DNA of 56,867 nt from a virus (taxonomy: Duplodnaviria > Caudoviricetes): the IMG/VR virus record IMGVR_UViG_3300031774_000017, positions 1 through 56,867 of that record; one strand, 5' to 3'. Position numbers and translations under genes: made by a program. The notes under the pieces were generated by a model that was given only the letters and a program-made list of their open reading frames with translations, did no database searches and was not told the origin of the DNA. Shown here one piece after another: positions 56,766 to 56,867 of this stretch. Every line of letters begins with the position of its first letter. Position 1 is the first letter of the stretch.

Positions 56766-56867
56766 CTAGTATGTATTTATGTTAGCAAACATTCTTCTAA
56801 GTTGAGCTTTAGTAGCACCAGTTACTCTTCTTAAATTATCAACTGCTTTTACATGCGATTGATTAGA
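56766..56867 (-). CDS. 3' end of a gene truncated by the window edge
   Basis: Open frame ...VDNLRRVTGATKAQLRRMFANINTY* ending 1 nt before next ATG. Confidence 0.6.
   Translation of the reverse strand, partial: SNQSHVKAVDNLRRVTGATKAQLRRMFANINTY

Noticed and set aside
955-56867. Stop-codon reassignment as in some crAss-like phages
   Set aside because: Long genes are intact under the standard code, and TAG (1751, 28781) and TGA (7440) both act as real stops

Overview
About 57 kb of an AT-rich, lytic-looking dsDNA phage. A Bacteroidota/Flavobacteriia host is inferred from the crAss-like/Cellulophaga-phage-like podovirus head-tail module, A-rich starts without Shine-Dalgarno sites and a BACON-like domain. 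Layout: 1-~790 extremely AT-rich divergence region with a repeated minus-strand promoter-like motif. 955-47922 is one long + strand late arm: small basic proteins, GroEL/GroES, a ~12.5 kb tail fibre/Gly-rich cluster, holin and M15 endolysin, terminase, portal, scaffold, major capsid, ring/tail proteins, a split muzzle protein, ejection proteins and a 2595-aa cargo protein with two HExxH motifs. A bidirectional terminator lies at ~47925-47958. 47964-56867 is a minus-strand replication/nucleotide arm (nrdA, nrdB, endonuclease, MazG fusion, thyA, primase-helicase). The most striking signal is apparent systematic overprinting. Conserved core genes (terminase, scaffold, nrdA, nrdB, thyA, primase) carry local codon-usage patches that coincide with stop-free +1 frames. 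These frames encode a 236-aa lipoprotein-like protein, two small basic peptides resembling stand-alone phage proteins, and several hydrophobic peptides. Other leads: a textbook H-type pseudoknot leader, a 76-nt cloverleaf-like intergenic RNA, a recurrent S/T-P-hydrophobic motif in putative cargo proteins plus a fused zincin protease, and a muzzle gene split by an Ig/BACON insertion. All calls are from reading the sequence and recalled family motifs; no database searches were run.
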